A DNA stretch of 64,000 nt from Candidatus Cloacimonadales bacterium (GCA_963662655.2 CAXXTU010000002.1:1472001-1536000); one strand, 5' to 3'. Counted from the first letter of the stretch, positions 38,015-47,272 are shown. The notes: generated from the sequence alone by a model not told the origin. Translations and numbers: made by a program.

Positions 38015-40258
38015 TTACTTGATAAGAGCCATCTTGGCAGTCACGGTACGGGTGTCCGTCGTCAGCCGCGCGAAGTAAACACCGCTCGAGACCGGTTTCC
38101 CCGCCTCGTCGATGCCCTTCCACACAAGGTTGAGCGATTCGGTTCTTTCGTTCTCCAGGAGCGTGCAAACCTTCTGGCCGCGAATATTGTAAATCGCCAG
38201 CGTCACCGGCTGCTTGCTCTCCTGCGCACTAAGCTTAAGCGCGATGGTCGTCTCCGGATTGAACGGGTTCGGGAACACGCTCAGGGAGATTATGTCCGCA
38301 GAAGGCGCGACCGTCTCGTCGTCCGTATCGATGTATGGAGCTCCATGACTTCCGCCATAAGCGCCCATATCATTGGTGAGAGAGCCCATTGCAGGCCAAA
38401 GTGCGTATCCAGTGTTGTCGGGATCTTCCACATCGTAGTAATCATCCCCTGGATTCCCAGTATCGATGCAGGGCGAGTCCTCTTGCAGGAACCAGCGTCC
38501 GCCGGTACCGTCGTAGTCCACGCCGCTACCGCTGCTGGGATTCGAGAAGAGCGGGTCCGCGTCGATGTTCATGGTTCCGTCGTGGCCTCCGGTGATGTTG
38601 CAGAAATCAACCGTGGGCGTGCTGTTGAGCGCGTAAATGATCGGCTCATCGCCGCGGAGAATACAGTTCATGATCTGCGGATTGGCGTTGAAAGCGAAAA
38701 GCGCGCCACCCGTTGCGCCGGTGATTGTGTTGTTCACCACCGTGTTATTGAAAAATTCCGGCACACTCTGGTTTTTGAACACCACTGCGCCTCCGGACAT
38801 CCCCGTGTTGTTCGCGAAGACATTGTTCGTGATCACCGGCGAGGATGATGAAAGCTGGATCGCACCTGAATTGCCGGTACTGGAGTTGTTGGCAAACAAA
38901 CTCCCGGTAATCGACACATCGGATGCGCTGATCAGATCGATCGCCGCCGGCGTGCTTGTGCTGTGGTTGTCATAGAACACGCAGCCGTCCACTTCGAGGC
39001 TCGAGTCATCGACGACGATCGCGGTATTGGTTGTTCCGGAGAACCGGCAATTGACCAGTTCGTTATCCCGATCGGTATAGCGAACCTTCATTCCTTTCCA
39101 GGTTCCGCCGTCTGCGGCACGGAATACAATCTGATCGCCGTTTCCGCCGTCTGCGACGAGCCGGCCGTTCACTTCAAAGGTCGCGTCGTTAGAAAGGACG
39201 ATCTCCACACCCGGATCGATTGTCAGTACCTGGCCGTCCTCGACGATCACATCGCCTACGATCTCGTAGGGGTTATATGTCGTGAGCCAGCTACCCGCAA
39301 CGGGGCCGGACGTGTTGCTGCCGTCAGTTACGGTAATCAGGCCCTGGGCGTTCGTCGTAGCGCTTTCGCCATTTGCGTGAATGGTGAGCGAGACGTCGTA
39401 GACACCCGGTGTGTCGTATATGTGGAACGTACTTTCGTCTTCGCTGTCGATGACTCCATCACCGTCGAAATCCCATTCCCAGGCAGTGATTTCACCCACG
39501 GGGAACGAAAGGCTCTGGAAGCTTACGGTAAGCTGCGCTGGGCCTTCGGTGATGCTCGCGTCGATAACGGCAAGCATACCGGTGAAAGGAGTCGAGACAG
39601 CCTGATAGACCTGGTGGTTTCCTGTGAAGCTCTGCACGATGACAATCGCGCGGACGCCCTGAAGGTCCCAGGATGCATCGAGTTCGACGGGGTGTTCAAA
39701 GTACCCGGTCTCACCCGTTTCGTTCAGGGTAAAGGTCTCATCCGCATAGTCTACGACAGTACAAAAATACTCGTCTGTAAAGGCGTTCGTAAGAATGTAG
39801 ATGATACGGTTGTTGGTCGTGGTGATGTCCCCGGTCATCTCGACATTCGCCATGATGGCGAGCTGCCCCAGGTCGTTGGTTCCCAGGTCGATGTCGATCG
39901 CGACGGGAGAGTTATCGTCCACGATGGAGTTGTAATGGCTCAAGTAACGGGGATAGGTTGTTCCGCCGCCAAGATCGTTAATGGCCCCCCCGAACTGCGC
40001 TGATGGCAGCGACGAGATTCCATACATCGATTTTCTTGAACCGTTGTTCGGGCTTGGATGTTGTCCATCTCCTTCCCAAATTAGTGGAACGACATGTTCG
40101 TTCTCTTCGAATAATTGAAGCAGCCCAGACCGAGCTGCGGGACAGTACGGGCACCATGTTTCCGTGAACACCTCCGCCAGTACCCCGATCTGTGTCGCTT
40201 GTAGCAGCAACGCCGAAAGAAGCATCAGCAGGAGGAGTAATAATCGATTGGATTTCAC
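38015..40258 (-). CDS. Secreted Omp28-like thioredoxin-fold (WCPYC) + PKD + beta-helix protein with FlgD-Ig/T9SS-like tail (tandem paralog)
   Basis: Same architecture as 35675-37921, with 'EVFTETWCPYCP'. GTG start after GGAGG. Confidence 0.85.
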   Translation of the reverse strand: MKSNRLLLLLLMLLSALLLQATQIGVLAEVFTETWCPYCPAARSGLLQLFEENEHVVPLIWEGDGQHPSPNNGSRKSMYGISSLPSAQFGGAINDLGGGTTYPRYLSHYNSIVDDNSPVAIDIDLGTNDLGQLAIMANVEMTGDITTTNNRIIYILTNAFTDEYFCTVVDYADETFTLNETGETGYFEHPVELDASWDLQGVRAIVIVQSFTGNHQVYQAVSTPFTGMLAVIDASITEGPAQLTVSFQSLSFPVGEITAWEWDFDGDGVIDSEDESTFHIYDTPGVYDVSLTIHANGESATTNAQGLITVTDGSNTSGPVAGSWLTTYNPYEIVGDVIVEDGQVLTIDPGVEIVLSNDATFEVNGRLVADGGNGDQIVFRAADGGTWKGMKVRYTDRDNELVNCRFSGTTNTAIVVDDSSLEVDGCVFYDNHSTSTPAAIDLISASDVSITGSLFANNSSTGNSGAIQLSSSSPVITNNVFANNTGMSGGAVVFKNQSVPEFFNNTVVNNTITGATGGALFAFNANPQIMNCILRGDEPIIYALNSTPTVDFCNITGGHDGTMNIDADPLFSNPSSGSGVDYDGTGGRWFLQEDSPCIDTGNPGDDYYDVEDPDNTGYALWPAMGSLTNDMGAYGGSHGAPYIDTDDETVAPSADIISLSVFPNPFNPETTIALKLSAQESKQPVTLAIYNIRGQKVCTLLENERTESLNLVWKGIDEAGKPVSSGVYFARLTTDTRTVTAKMALIK
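40120..40153 (-). promoter_or_regulatory. SECIS-like hairpin downstream of the catalytic TGC codon (second copy)
   Basis: TGC CCG TAC TGT CCC GCAGCTC-GGTCT-GGGCTGC. The hairpin is identical to that of the paralog. Confidence 0.55.
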
Positions 40259-40310
40259 TCCAGCCTCCTTTTATTTTCGGGTTCTATCAATGATCTATTA
40301 TGGTATTCAG

Positions 40311-41693
40311 TTACTTCAATAGAAGCATCTTCTTCGCGGCAGAGCTCTGCTCGCCTTCCAGACGATAATAATATACACCGCTTGTTACCGGATTGCCATA
40401 ACTGTCCTTGCCATTCCAGGACACAGAGCCTTTACCCTGATTGACGCTCAGGTTGTCGAACGATTTTACCAACTGACCGCGAACGTTGTAAATGGACAGC
40501 TTTGTGTTGCGAACATTGTCCGTCGGGAGCGAGAAATGAATCTGCGTCTCCGGATTGAATGGATTCGGAGTGTTTTGCGCAAGCTGCACGCCGCTGTAAG
40601 GCACGGTATCGTCTCCGGCGGCGGAACCGGTCTCGTAGGTGAAGTTCAACACAATCGCCTCACTATGTGAAGGCTGAATGGTGAAATTGAAATCCGCCGT
40701 ACCGTTGGAGCTAACGTTCGGAATCAGGAAGTCGAACGCGATCTGCTCGCCCTCGCCAAGCGTGAATTCCCAGGCTCCGCCTGTGGAAGGATGACAACCG
40801 CCCTCTCCATCGGCATACGTATGACAGAACATGACCATCCAGCTATCGGGAACGGAGTTGTACTCGAGGGATGCTGAATAGGCATGCTCGGAGCCGTAGT
40901 TCTTCAGGTAGAATTTTTCGCTGGTGAACTCGTAGACCTCGCCGGTGTATCCGGGACCAACCACGTTGAAATCGAACGGAACGCCGACCCGGCAGGTTAC
41001 TTCGTCCATCGGGTAGGTCGAAGCAGACTGAATGATGGAATGATCCGAAGCCTGCACGTATACGACGACCTGAAGGTTCGTGCTCACCCATCCGCTATCG
41101 ATGGTAAAGCCGTCGATGAGCGTCTGCTGAGAGCCCTGACCAGTCATGCTGAAATCCTGTGTCAGCACCTGACGAGTTACGTGATCGATGCCGTCAATAC
41201 CGTCTTCAACAAGGATGAAGCGAACGTATCCATCCATGATCTCGAACTCGTCCGAGAGCATGGTCACGGTGGCAGCTACGTCGCCGCTCGATGCGTCAAA
41301 ACCGTCGATTTGCAGCTCGATGGGGGCTGTGTTGTATTTTCCAAGATCGATGACTCCCGCATAAGCTGAGCCGTTCGCAACATGATCACCGCCACCAAAA
41401 ATCGTGGTAGACCCGTCGAAGATCGCCATTGGGAAGTCGATCACCTGATAGAAATCGATCATGGCCTGGGTGTCGTCGTTCCCCATATCGCCATGATAAT
41501 GTTGAGCAAGCGAGAAATTTGCCGGAGAATATGACTCGTCAATTACTCCAATACCATCGTTCACGTCTTGCGTTTGAGTTGAAGATGCGTCGTTCAGGAC
41601 CTCGATCATCATGATCTGCGGCGTTCCGGTGAACTCGGCAAAAAGGCCGGTTGCAACCAGTAGCGCCAGCAACAATATATTCACACGTTTCAT
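40311..41693 (-). CDS. Secreted Omp28-like protein lacking CxxC, with an Ig-like Cys-pair domain and FlgD-Ig/T9SS-like tail
   Basis: 'MMIEVLND...QHYH...FYQVIDFPMAIFDG...VRFILVED...VVVYVQ' gives an Omp28-like pattern. Also 'WMVMFCHTYADGEGGCHP' and 'TPNPFNPET...KKMLLLK'. Confidence 0.75.
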   Translation of the reverse strand: MKRVNILLLALLVATGLFAEFTGTPQIMMIEVLNDASSTQTQDVNDGIGVIDESYSPANFSLAQHYHGDMGNDDTQAMIDFYQVIDFPMAIFDGSTTIFGGGDHVANGSAYAGVIDLGKYNTAPIELQIDGFDASSGDVAATVTMLSDEFEIMDGYVRFILVEDGIDGIDHVTRQVLTQDFSMTGQGSQQTLIDGFTIDSGWVSTNLQVVVYVQASDHSIIQSASTYPMDEVTCRVGVPFDFNVVGPGYTGEVYEFTSEKFYLKNYGSEHAYSASLEYNSVPDSWMVMFCHTYADGEGGCHPSTGGAWEFTLGEGEQIAFDFLIPNVSSNGTADFNFTIQPSHSEAIVLNFTYETGSAAGDDTVPYSGVQLAQNTPNPFNPETQIHFSLPTDNVRNTKLSIYNVRGQLVKSFDNLSVNQGKGSVSWNGKDSYGNPVTSGVYYYRLEGEQSSAAKKMLLLK

Positions 41694-41755
41694 TTTGTCC
41701 TCCATGTATCTTGTAATTCAATTTATCTCATTTCAAGTCTTTTTATATATCCAAG

Positions 41756-43252
41756 CTAAAATGTCGTCGTCAATTCAAGCAGGACACCCTCGAACGCGGA
41801 TTGCTGACGGCAGATGCCGTTGCGGCAAACCTTCCCCCCCTTCTGCTTTCCGCCGAACAACGTCAGGTTGGTGTCCTCGGTGATGGGAGCGGTGATCTCT
41901 CCGCCGATCCACCAGGAAGTCTTGTCCAGATCACCGGTGTCTTCGTACTCCGTCTCGGCTGTAATGGAGAAGTTCCAATGCTCGTACGCGGCATCCACTT
42001 GAAGCAGCGGCTCGTAGTGCTTCGCTTCCTTGCCGGCGTCCTTCTTGGAGACAATTTCGTATTCGCCGCGAATCATCACCGGTACGCTTGCAAGGGTGAA
42101 ATCAAACGCGAGGGCAGGCGTCAACTCTTTTCCCCACGTCTCGTTAACTTCGTTGAGATACTCGAGATGCTCGTAGTCGGCTGTGAGCACGAAGGATTCG
42201 AAGTCATACTTACCCTGCATGAAGAAGTTCGCCTGACGGTAGTCCTTGTCGGAGCTCCACGCTTCCGCGTAGCTGACAAACAGTTCGCTCGAGTAGTCCG
42301 GCGTGTACCGAACCTCGCCCAGATACCCTTCCTCGTCCTCACCCGGCTTGAGACCGCTCTCGGTGAGCGGTTCGTCGGCGTGATTAAGGGTGGGGATGTC
42401 CTGAAGCGGCTCGATGGAATCGGTGCGATAGTTAAAGTCTTCGTATTTTTTGTACGCGCCCGTGATCGTGATATCGGGTATATAGATCGTCGTGTTTGTA
42501 TAAAGTCCTGTCCCGTCCCTGTCCTCGCCCGGAAGTTCGGTCTCGTCCATCGTGGCGTACTCGCCGTAGAAATCGATCAGCCCGGTGGAGAGCTTCACCC
42601 TTCCGCCGAGTGTAGTAAGGTTCGAGAAGAGATCGTCCTCCTCGTTGGTGGAGGGATCAATTACGGTATAACCCTGGCGCAGTCCCAGCATGGTAAGTCC
42701 CACGCGAAGCTGCTTGATGATGCGCACTTCGAGGTCAGCGCCGGAGACGACGTCGTTCTTCTCTTCGCCGCCACGCTCGACAGGATAAACCGCATACATG
42801 CCCTGTACATCGAATCTGTCTTTCGTGAAGCGCGCTTTCGCACCTTCGAGACGCGTATCGTGATCGAGGTCCTTGTCTTCCCACGAACGGAAGATCATTC
42901 CCGACCCATACGATCCATCCATCGTTCCGGCATGCGCCGTCAACTGGTCGGTTTCATATGTGATGTAACGTTCGTCCCACTCGTAATAGAGGTCTTCCTG
43001 CTCGAGCTCATCGACCATCTCGCCTTCGTAGCTGCTGTACTCGGGGTACCCCGCGTTAAAAGACATTCCGAAGGTGAAGTGGTTGTAGTTCACGCGCATG
43101 GAAAAATCATCTTCAAAATAATGTTTGAGGGAATCGCCCTGCGCCTCGCGGTATCGGTACGCGATCTCGTTGGTTCCCGTGATGGAGAAGGTGTCTTCCG
43201 CGGAAAGCATCGCCGTTGCAAGAAGCGCAATCAATAATATCCAATATTTCAT
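41756..43252 (-). CDS. Outer-membrane beta-barrel with C-terminal CxxxxC loop (DUF6029-like)
   Basis: Signal peptide, amphipathic strands and a terminal Phe. 'YGSGMIFRSWED..LD.D..L.G' and 'GGKVCRNGICR'. Confidence 0.75.
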   Translation of the reverse strand: MKYWILLIALLATAMLSAEDTFSITGTNEIAYRYREAQGDSLKHYFEDDFSMRVNYNHFTFGMSFNAGYPEYSSYEGEMVDELEQEDLYYEWDERYITYETDQLTAHAGTMDGSYGSGMIFRSWEDKDLDHDTRLEGAKARFTKDRFDVQGMYAVYPVERGGEEKNDVVSGADLEVRIIKQLRVGLTMLGLRQGYTVIDPSTNEEDDLFSNLTTLGGRVKLSTGLIDFYGEYATMDETELPGEDRDGTGLYTNTTIYIPDITITGAYKKYEDFNYRTDSIEPLQDIPTLNHADEPLTESGLKPGEDEEGYLGEVRYTPDYSSELFVSYAEAWSSDKDYRQANFFMQGKYDFESFVLTADYEHLEYLNEVNETWGKELTPALAFDFTLASVPVMIRGEYEIVSKKDAGKEAKHYEPLLQVDAAYEHWNFSITAETEYEDTGDLDKTSWWIGGEITAPITEDTNLTLFGGKQKGGKVCRNGICRQQSAFEGVLLELTTTF

Positions 43253-43262
43253 CCCGTCCGTC

Positions 43263-43760
43263 CTATTCGGCTTCTACCGGTTTTTCGCTCAAGGCTTTCA
43301 CGATTTCTTCTTCCAGATGCATCTCATCGCCCTTCTGATATCCCACGTGAGAGAAAACCATCTCCCCGTCCTTGCTTATGATCATCGTGTGAGGAGGATT
43401 CTGTGCATTGAGCGCTTTGTAAACCTTCATGTCGGGATCGAGCAGCGTGAGGAACTGGAATCGGTTCTTCACGAAGCGGATCGCGTCTTCCTTCTTGGAT
43501 GGCTTGTCCACGGAGATGCAAACAACCGTAATCCGATCTTCGTATTTCTTCTGGAGCTTGTCCAACTCGGGCATTTCCTTCTTGCAGTTCTTGCACCATG
43601 TCGCCCAAAAACTGATAACAACCGGCCCCTTCTCCAGCAAACTGGAAAGCGACACCTGATCGCCGTTGATATCCTCGAGTTTGAAATCCTGCACTTTATC
43701 CGCCGCGAGGAGTCCCGCAGCCAAAACCGTCATGATAATCGTAAGAATGATTGTTCGCAT
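43263..43760 (-). CDS. TlpA/ResA-family periplasmic thiol-disulfide oxidoreductase
   Basis: Signal peptide, 'DFKLEDING', 'FWATWCKNCKKEMP', cis-Pro 'NPPHTMII'. Confidence 0.92.
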   Translation of the reverse strand: MRTIILTIIMTVLAAGLLAADKVQDFKLEDINGDQVSLSSLLEKGPVVISFWATWCKNCKKEMPELDKLQKKYEDRITVVCISVDKPSKKEDAIRFVKNRFQFLTLLDPDMKVYKALNAQNPPHTMIISKDGEMVFSHVGYQKGDEMHLEEEIVKALSEKPVEAE

Positions 43761-43774
43761 TGTATTGCTCCTTC

Positions 43775-45190
43775 CTATATACCTTCGATCGGAACTTCGA
43801 TCACGTTGTAAACTTTACAGTCGTTACCATACTGGGTATGCATGGTTTGCAGCCACACATAGAGAACCGTGTCATCCGGTAAATCGCCGGCGTACTCGAA
43901 ATTGAAGCGGTAGTCTTCATCGAAATTGCCGGAAGAGGCTTCCAGGCTTGTATACGCGACGCCGCCCTTCCACAAGACGGCCTGATGATAGTAGTCGCCG
44001 CCGTTGGATTGCGCGGTCTCTTCCACCAGCGCGTAACGGACAATCAAATCCGTCTCGTCCATGTACTCGTCGAGGTCGATATCAAGGTACACCATCATCT
44101 CATTATCAGCGCCGCTCCATTCCATCCTGCCGTCGGAAAGCAATGCCCGGGCGTCCACCGCGAGGTAGTCGTTAAGCGGTATCTCGTATTGCGATTGGCC
44201 CGATATTCCGCCGTTCATGACAAGCTGCCCCTGGAATACGGCCGTCGGGCATTCGATGTTACCGAGATAGTAGTCCAGGAGTTCGTCGTTGTCGTCGAAG
44301 AAACCGTCGTAGCTGTCGCTGATGTGGTACTCGACATAGTAGAACTTGTCGCCATAGATTTCCTTCAGGTCATGGAGAACTTGCTCGGACGTCGGGCAAT
44401 TCGGACACCAGGTTCCGGTGAAGAGCTCCACCAGCACCTTCTGCTTGGAGAGGTCGGGCGCATCCTGACCATTACCGCAGAAAATGTACTCGCCATCGAC
44501 GACGGTGTAGGTGTCGTCCACACGCAGCGTGAAACCGGTCGAGTTTTCCGTGATCTCGTAAACAAACGAGTTATCATAGGCATCGTAATTCAATATCGTA
44601 GTGGTTACACCCATGGATGGAGATATGTCGTCGAAGAGGTTGAAGAGCGAATCGCGGCCTACGCCATTGTTGTAATAGTCTGCGATGAAATACGATGCGA
44701 GCGTTGCGAAATCGCTATTCGTAATGGCATCGGCAAGGTCCGCTACATACTCGGTCTGTACATCGGCGAAAGCTTCCGCGGCCCGATTGCCGACAAACTT
44801 GAAATCGCCGCCGACCTTCTGCACGCAATCCACAAACGTCCACGAGAAGATCATATCCGTAATACCATCGTCACCGCCAAGTATCCACTTGATCTTCGAG
44901 ACATCGCCTTCGGTGAAGCGATCGATCGTCACGTGAAGATTCCACTCCTTATCCCCGAGCATGGTTTCGTACCAGTTAAGCTTATCGGCATAGTTTGCGC
45001 CGTCATTCAGGTAATCCTCGCTGTAGTAAGCCATCAGACGATCGACGTCATCAACCGTTGAAACGGATTGCACGGTGTTGGAAAGCTCGTCGAAAAAATC
45101 CGTCAGATGCTTGTCGAACTCCGAATCGAAGCGATCGCACCCAGAGAGAAGCAAGATAGCGGCTGCAATCAATAATAGAATTCTCTTCAT
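43775..45190 (-). CDS. Lipoprotein with two NTF2-like repeats and a C-terminal Omp28-like thioredoxin domain (WCPNC)
   Basis: Lipobox 'LLSGC', repeated 'Y..DY.N.G' modules, 'VLVELFTGTWCPNCP', 'VEYH', 'CPTAVFQG', 'YALVEE'. Confidence 0.8.
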   Translation of the reverse strand: MKRILLLIAAAILLLSGCDRFDSEFDKHLTDFFDELSNTVQSVSTVDDVDRLMAYYSEDYLNDGANYADKLNWYETMLGDKEWNLHVTIDRFTEGDVSKIKWILGGDDGITDMIFSWTFVDCVQKVGGDFKFVGNRAAEAFADVQTEYVADLADAITNSDFATLASYFIADYYNNGVGRDSLFNLFDDISPSMGVTTTILNYDAYDNSFVYEITENSTGFTLRVDDTYTVVDGEYIFCGNGQDAPDLSKQKVLVELFTGTWCPNCPTSEQVLHDLKEIYGDKFYYVEYHISDSYDGFFDDNDELLDYYLGNIECPTAVFQGQLVMNGGISGQSQYEIPLNDYLAVDARALLSDGRMEWSGADNEMMVYLDIDLDEYMDETDLIVRYALVEETAQSNGGDYYHQAVLWKGGVAYTSLEASSGNFDEDYRFNFEYAGDLPDDTVLYVWLQTMHTQYGNDCKVYNVIEVPIEGI

Positions 45191-45245
45191 ATTTCTCTCC
45201 ATCTCATAATTACTAAAAAAATCTATCCCTGCATGGCATCGAGGA

Positions 45246-46958
45246 TCAGTTCCCGATCTTCTCGAGCTCGTCCTTCACCATGCTTTTGGTAATAATCTCG
45301 GGGAACACCACCGGATCGTCCTGCCCGGGAATGTAGAGCAAATAAAGCGGTACACCGGCGCGATCGAATTTGTGGAGCCACTCGATGATGAGAGGATCCT
45401 TGCGGGTGTTGTCACCCTTCATGCGCTCGACGCCGTATTTCTCGAACTCCTCCTCGATATCCTCGGTGAAGAGCACGGTCTTCTCGTTCGTCTTGCAGGT
45501 CATGCACCACTCCGCGCCGAAATCGACAAACACCGGCTTGCCGTCGTCGATGAAATCCTGGAGTAACTCGGGAGAAAATTTCTGCCAGCCCTCTTCCACC
45601 TGGTGTCCGCCGTCCGTGCTTTCAAAACGTAGCAGGAACATCGCGGAGAATACCACCACGGCGATCGCCGTCAGCAGCGCGATCCACTGTTGCGCCTTGC
45701 TGTGATGCGGTTTGGCAAAGCTGCCGTAAATCCAGGCCGCAAGCCCAAGCGATGCGATGAACCACAGAACCCGCATGAAGTTTCCACCGCCACCGACCAG
45801 CGCGTACACGGTGTTCAGCAGGAAAATCGTGGTTCCCATCAAGAGGAATCCCATGAACTCCTTGAACACGTTCATCCAGTTGCCGGGTTTCGGGATCGCC
45901 TTGATCACCCCGGGCCAGAACGCCAGGAGGATGAACGGGAAGGCCAATCCGAGGCCGATCAGCAGGAAGAAGATGACGATGAGTAGCGGAGGCTGAATGA
46001 ACGCGAATCCCAGCGCAGCGCCCAGGAAAGGAGCCGTACAGGGTGTTGCCAGTAGAACCGCCACGATGCCGCTGAGGAACGATCCCCAATGGCCGGATTT
46101 CCCGGAAGCCTTCGATGCAAGCCCCATCCCGGGAGCGGAAATGATGAACACGTCGAAAAGCGAAAGACCGAACACGAAGATGATCGACGTCAGCACCATC
46201 ACGAAACCGAAGTTCTGGAACTGGAAGCCCCAGCCCACCGATTCGCCCGAGAGCTTGATGATGATGACAACGGCTGCCAGGATCAGGAACGAAACCAGGA
46301 TTCCCGCCGTGTAGGCGAAGGAACCTTTCATGATCTCCCTTTTATGGTGCTGGCTCTGGTTGACCAGGTGAATCGCCTTGATGGAAAGCACCGGAAGTAC
46401 GCATGGCATGATGTTCAGGATCAAACCGCCCACAAACGCCATGAGGAGGAACTTGAAGATGTCTGCCGCGGATGTACCGGCTTTCCGCGTCGGTTCGGAC
46501 TGCTCGTCAGAGCCGGTTACGGTGGCGGTTAGCTTGTAATCGGCTGTAACCTCGAATTCCTCGGGAAACAGGCATTGCCCCATTTCATTGCAGACCTGAA
46601 AACCGGCCGCGATGGAGAGCAGGTAGTCACCAGGCTGAACGCTCGAATCGACTTGCATCGGTCGCTTGAGCGTAATCGTTCCGGTGTACTCCGTTACGCC
46701 CTCCGCGTCCTTGTGCCCTTCGGGATACTCGGTATCGCCGAATGTAACCCCCGGCATTGCCGTTGGTTCGATATATAGATAATCTTCCTGCAATGTCGCG
46801 TGCATTCCTTCGGGGAATGTGTACGTTACGTGAAGATACGCCTTGCCGTCCGTGCCAATTTCCGATGGAACAATTTCAGCGGTGATGGTTGTTTCTTGAG
46901 CCCACAGTGAGGCTGTAATGAGTAGGAATAACAGTGAAATGATTCGCAGCGACTTCAT
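45246..46958 (-). CDS. dsbD: Three-domain thiol:disulfide interchange protein DsbD
   Basis: N-domain 'QVCNEMGQCLFP', TM 'NIMPCVLP' and 'ATPCTAPF', C-terminal Trx 'AEWCMTCK'. Confidence 0.93.
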   Translation of the reverse strand: MKSLRIISLLFLLITASLWAQETTITAEIVPSEIGTDGKAYLHVTYTFPEGMHATLQEDYLYIEPTAMPGVTFGDTEYPEGHKDAEGVTEYTGTITLKRPMQVDSSVQPGDYLLSIAAGFQVCNEMGQCLFPEEFEVTADYKLTATVTGSDEQSEPTRKAGTSAADIFKFLLMAFVGGLILNIMPCVLPVLSIKAIHLVNQSQHHKREIMKGSFAYTAGILVSFLILAAVVIIIKLSGESVGWGFQFQNFGFVMVLTSIIFVFGLSLFDVFIISAPGMGLASKASGKSGHWGSFLSGIVAVLLATPCTAPFLGAALGFAFIQPPLLIVIFFLLIGLGLAFPFILLAFWPGVIKAIPKPGNWMNVFKEFMGFLLMGTTIFLLNTVYALVGGGGNFMRVLWFIASLGLAAWIYGSFAKPHHSKAQQWIALLTAIAVVVFSAMFLLRFESTDGGHQVEEGWQKFSPELLQDFIDDGKPVFVDFGAEWCMTCKTNEKTVLFTEDIEEEFEKYGVERMKGDNTRKDPLIIEWLHKFDRAGVPLYLLYIPGQDDPVVFPEIITKSMVKDELEKIGN

Positions 46959-47272
46959 GCAAAACCTCCGTCGGTCGAATGTATCCGTCGATTTTTATTA
47001 TCCTGCAACTTTCTTGCAAGATAAATCGAACGCAGTGTACAATGAAAAACATTTTCGTCTATTTTGTTCACAGCGTCAATTGTTTTTATTGTCAAATGTA
47101 GATTTACAGCGGTTGCTCCGTCATAACCGGTATGTAATGAATATTTTACATTTCCAAACATTCTTCTTATAATTCCTTGCGTTCTCTTTCGGCAATAATA
47201 TTCAGACAAAAATATCTCTTGCAAAAATCCCTGCGGTTCTGTATACAGGCAAAAATCATTTTAGGAAGGATT

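Noticed and set aside
41801..43237. Long antisense ORFs (41801-43237, and similarly 10635-11768, 43985-45061, 49525-50706, 50661-51929, 54161-55240)
   Set aside because: They are shadows of well-supported genes on the opposite strand, caused by codon bias, and have no motifs or RBS.
35675..46958. Actual selenoproteins (in-frame UGA) in the redox cluster
   Set aside because: The CxxC codons I read are TGC/TGT and all ORFs are uninterrupted. Only the SECIS-like hairpins remain.
35675..46958. Ordinary cytochrome c maturation locus (DsbD + CcmG/ResA)
   Set aside because: No ccm/ccs/resBC genes and no CxxCH haem proteins were seen. The partners are OM, lipoprotein and secreted proteins.
47090..47150. 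Short TGTA...TACA palindromes in the dsbD/glycogen divergent promoter region
   Set aside because: They are short, AT-rich and inconsistently spaced, so they cannot be assigned to a regulator from sequence alone.
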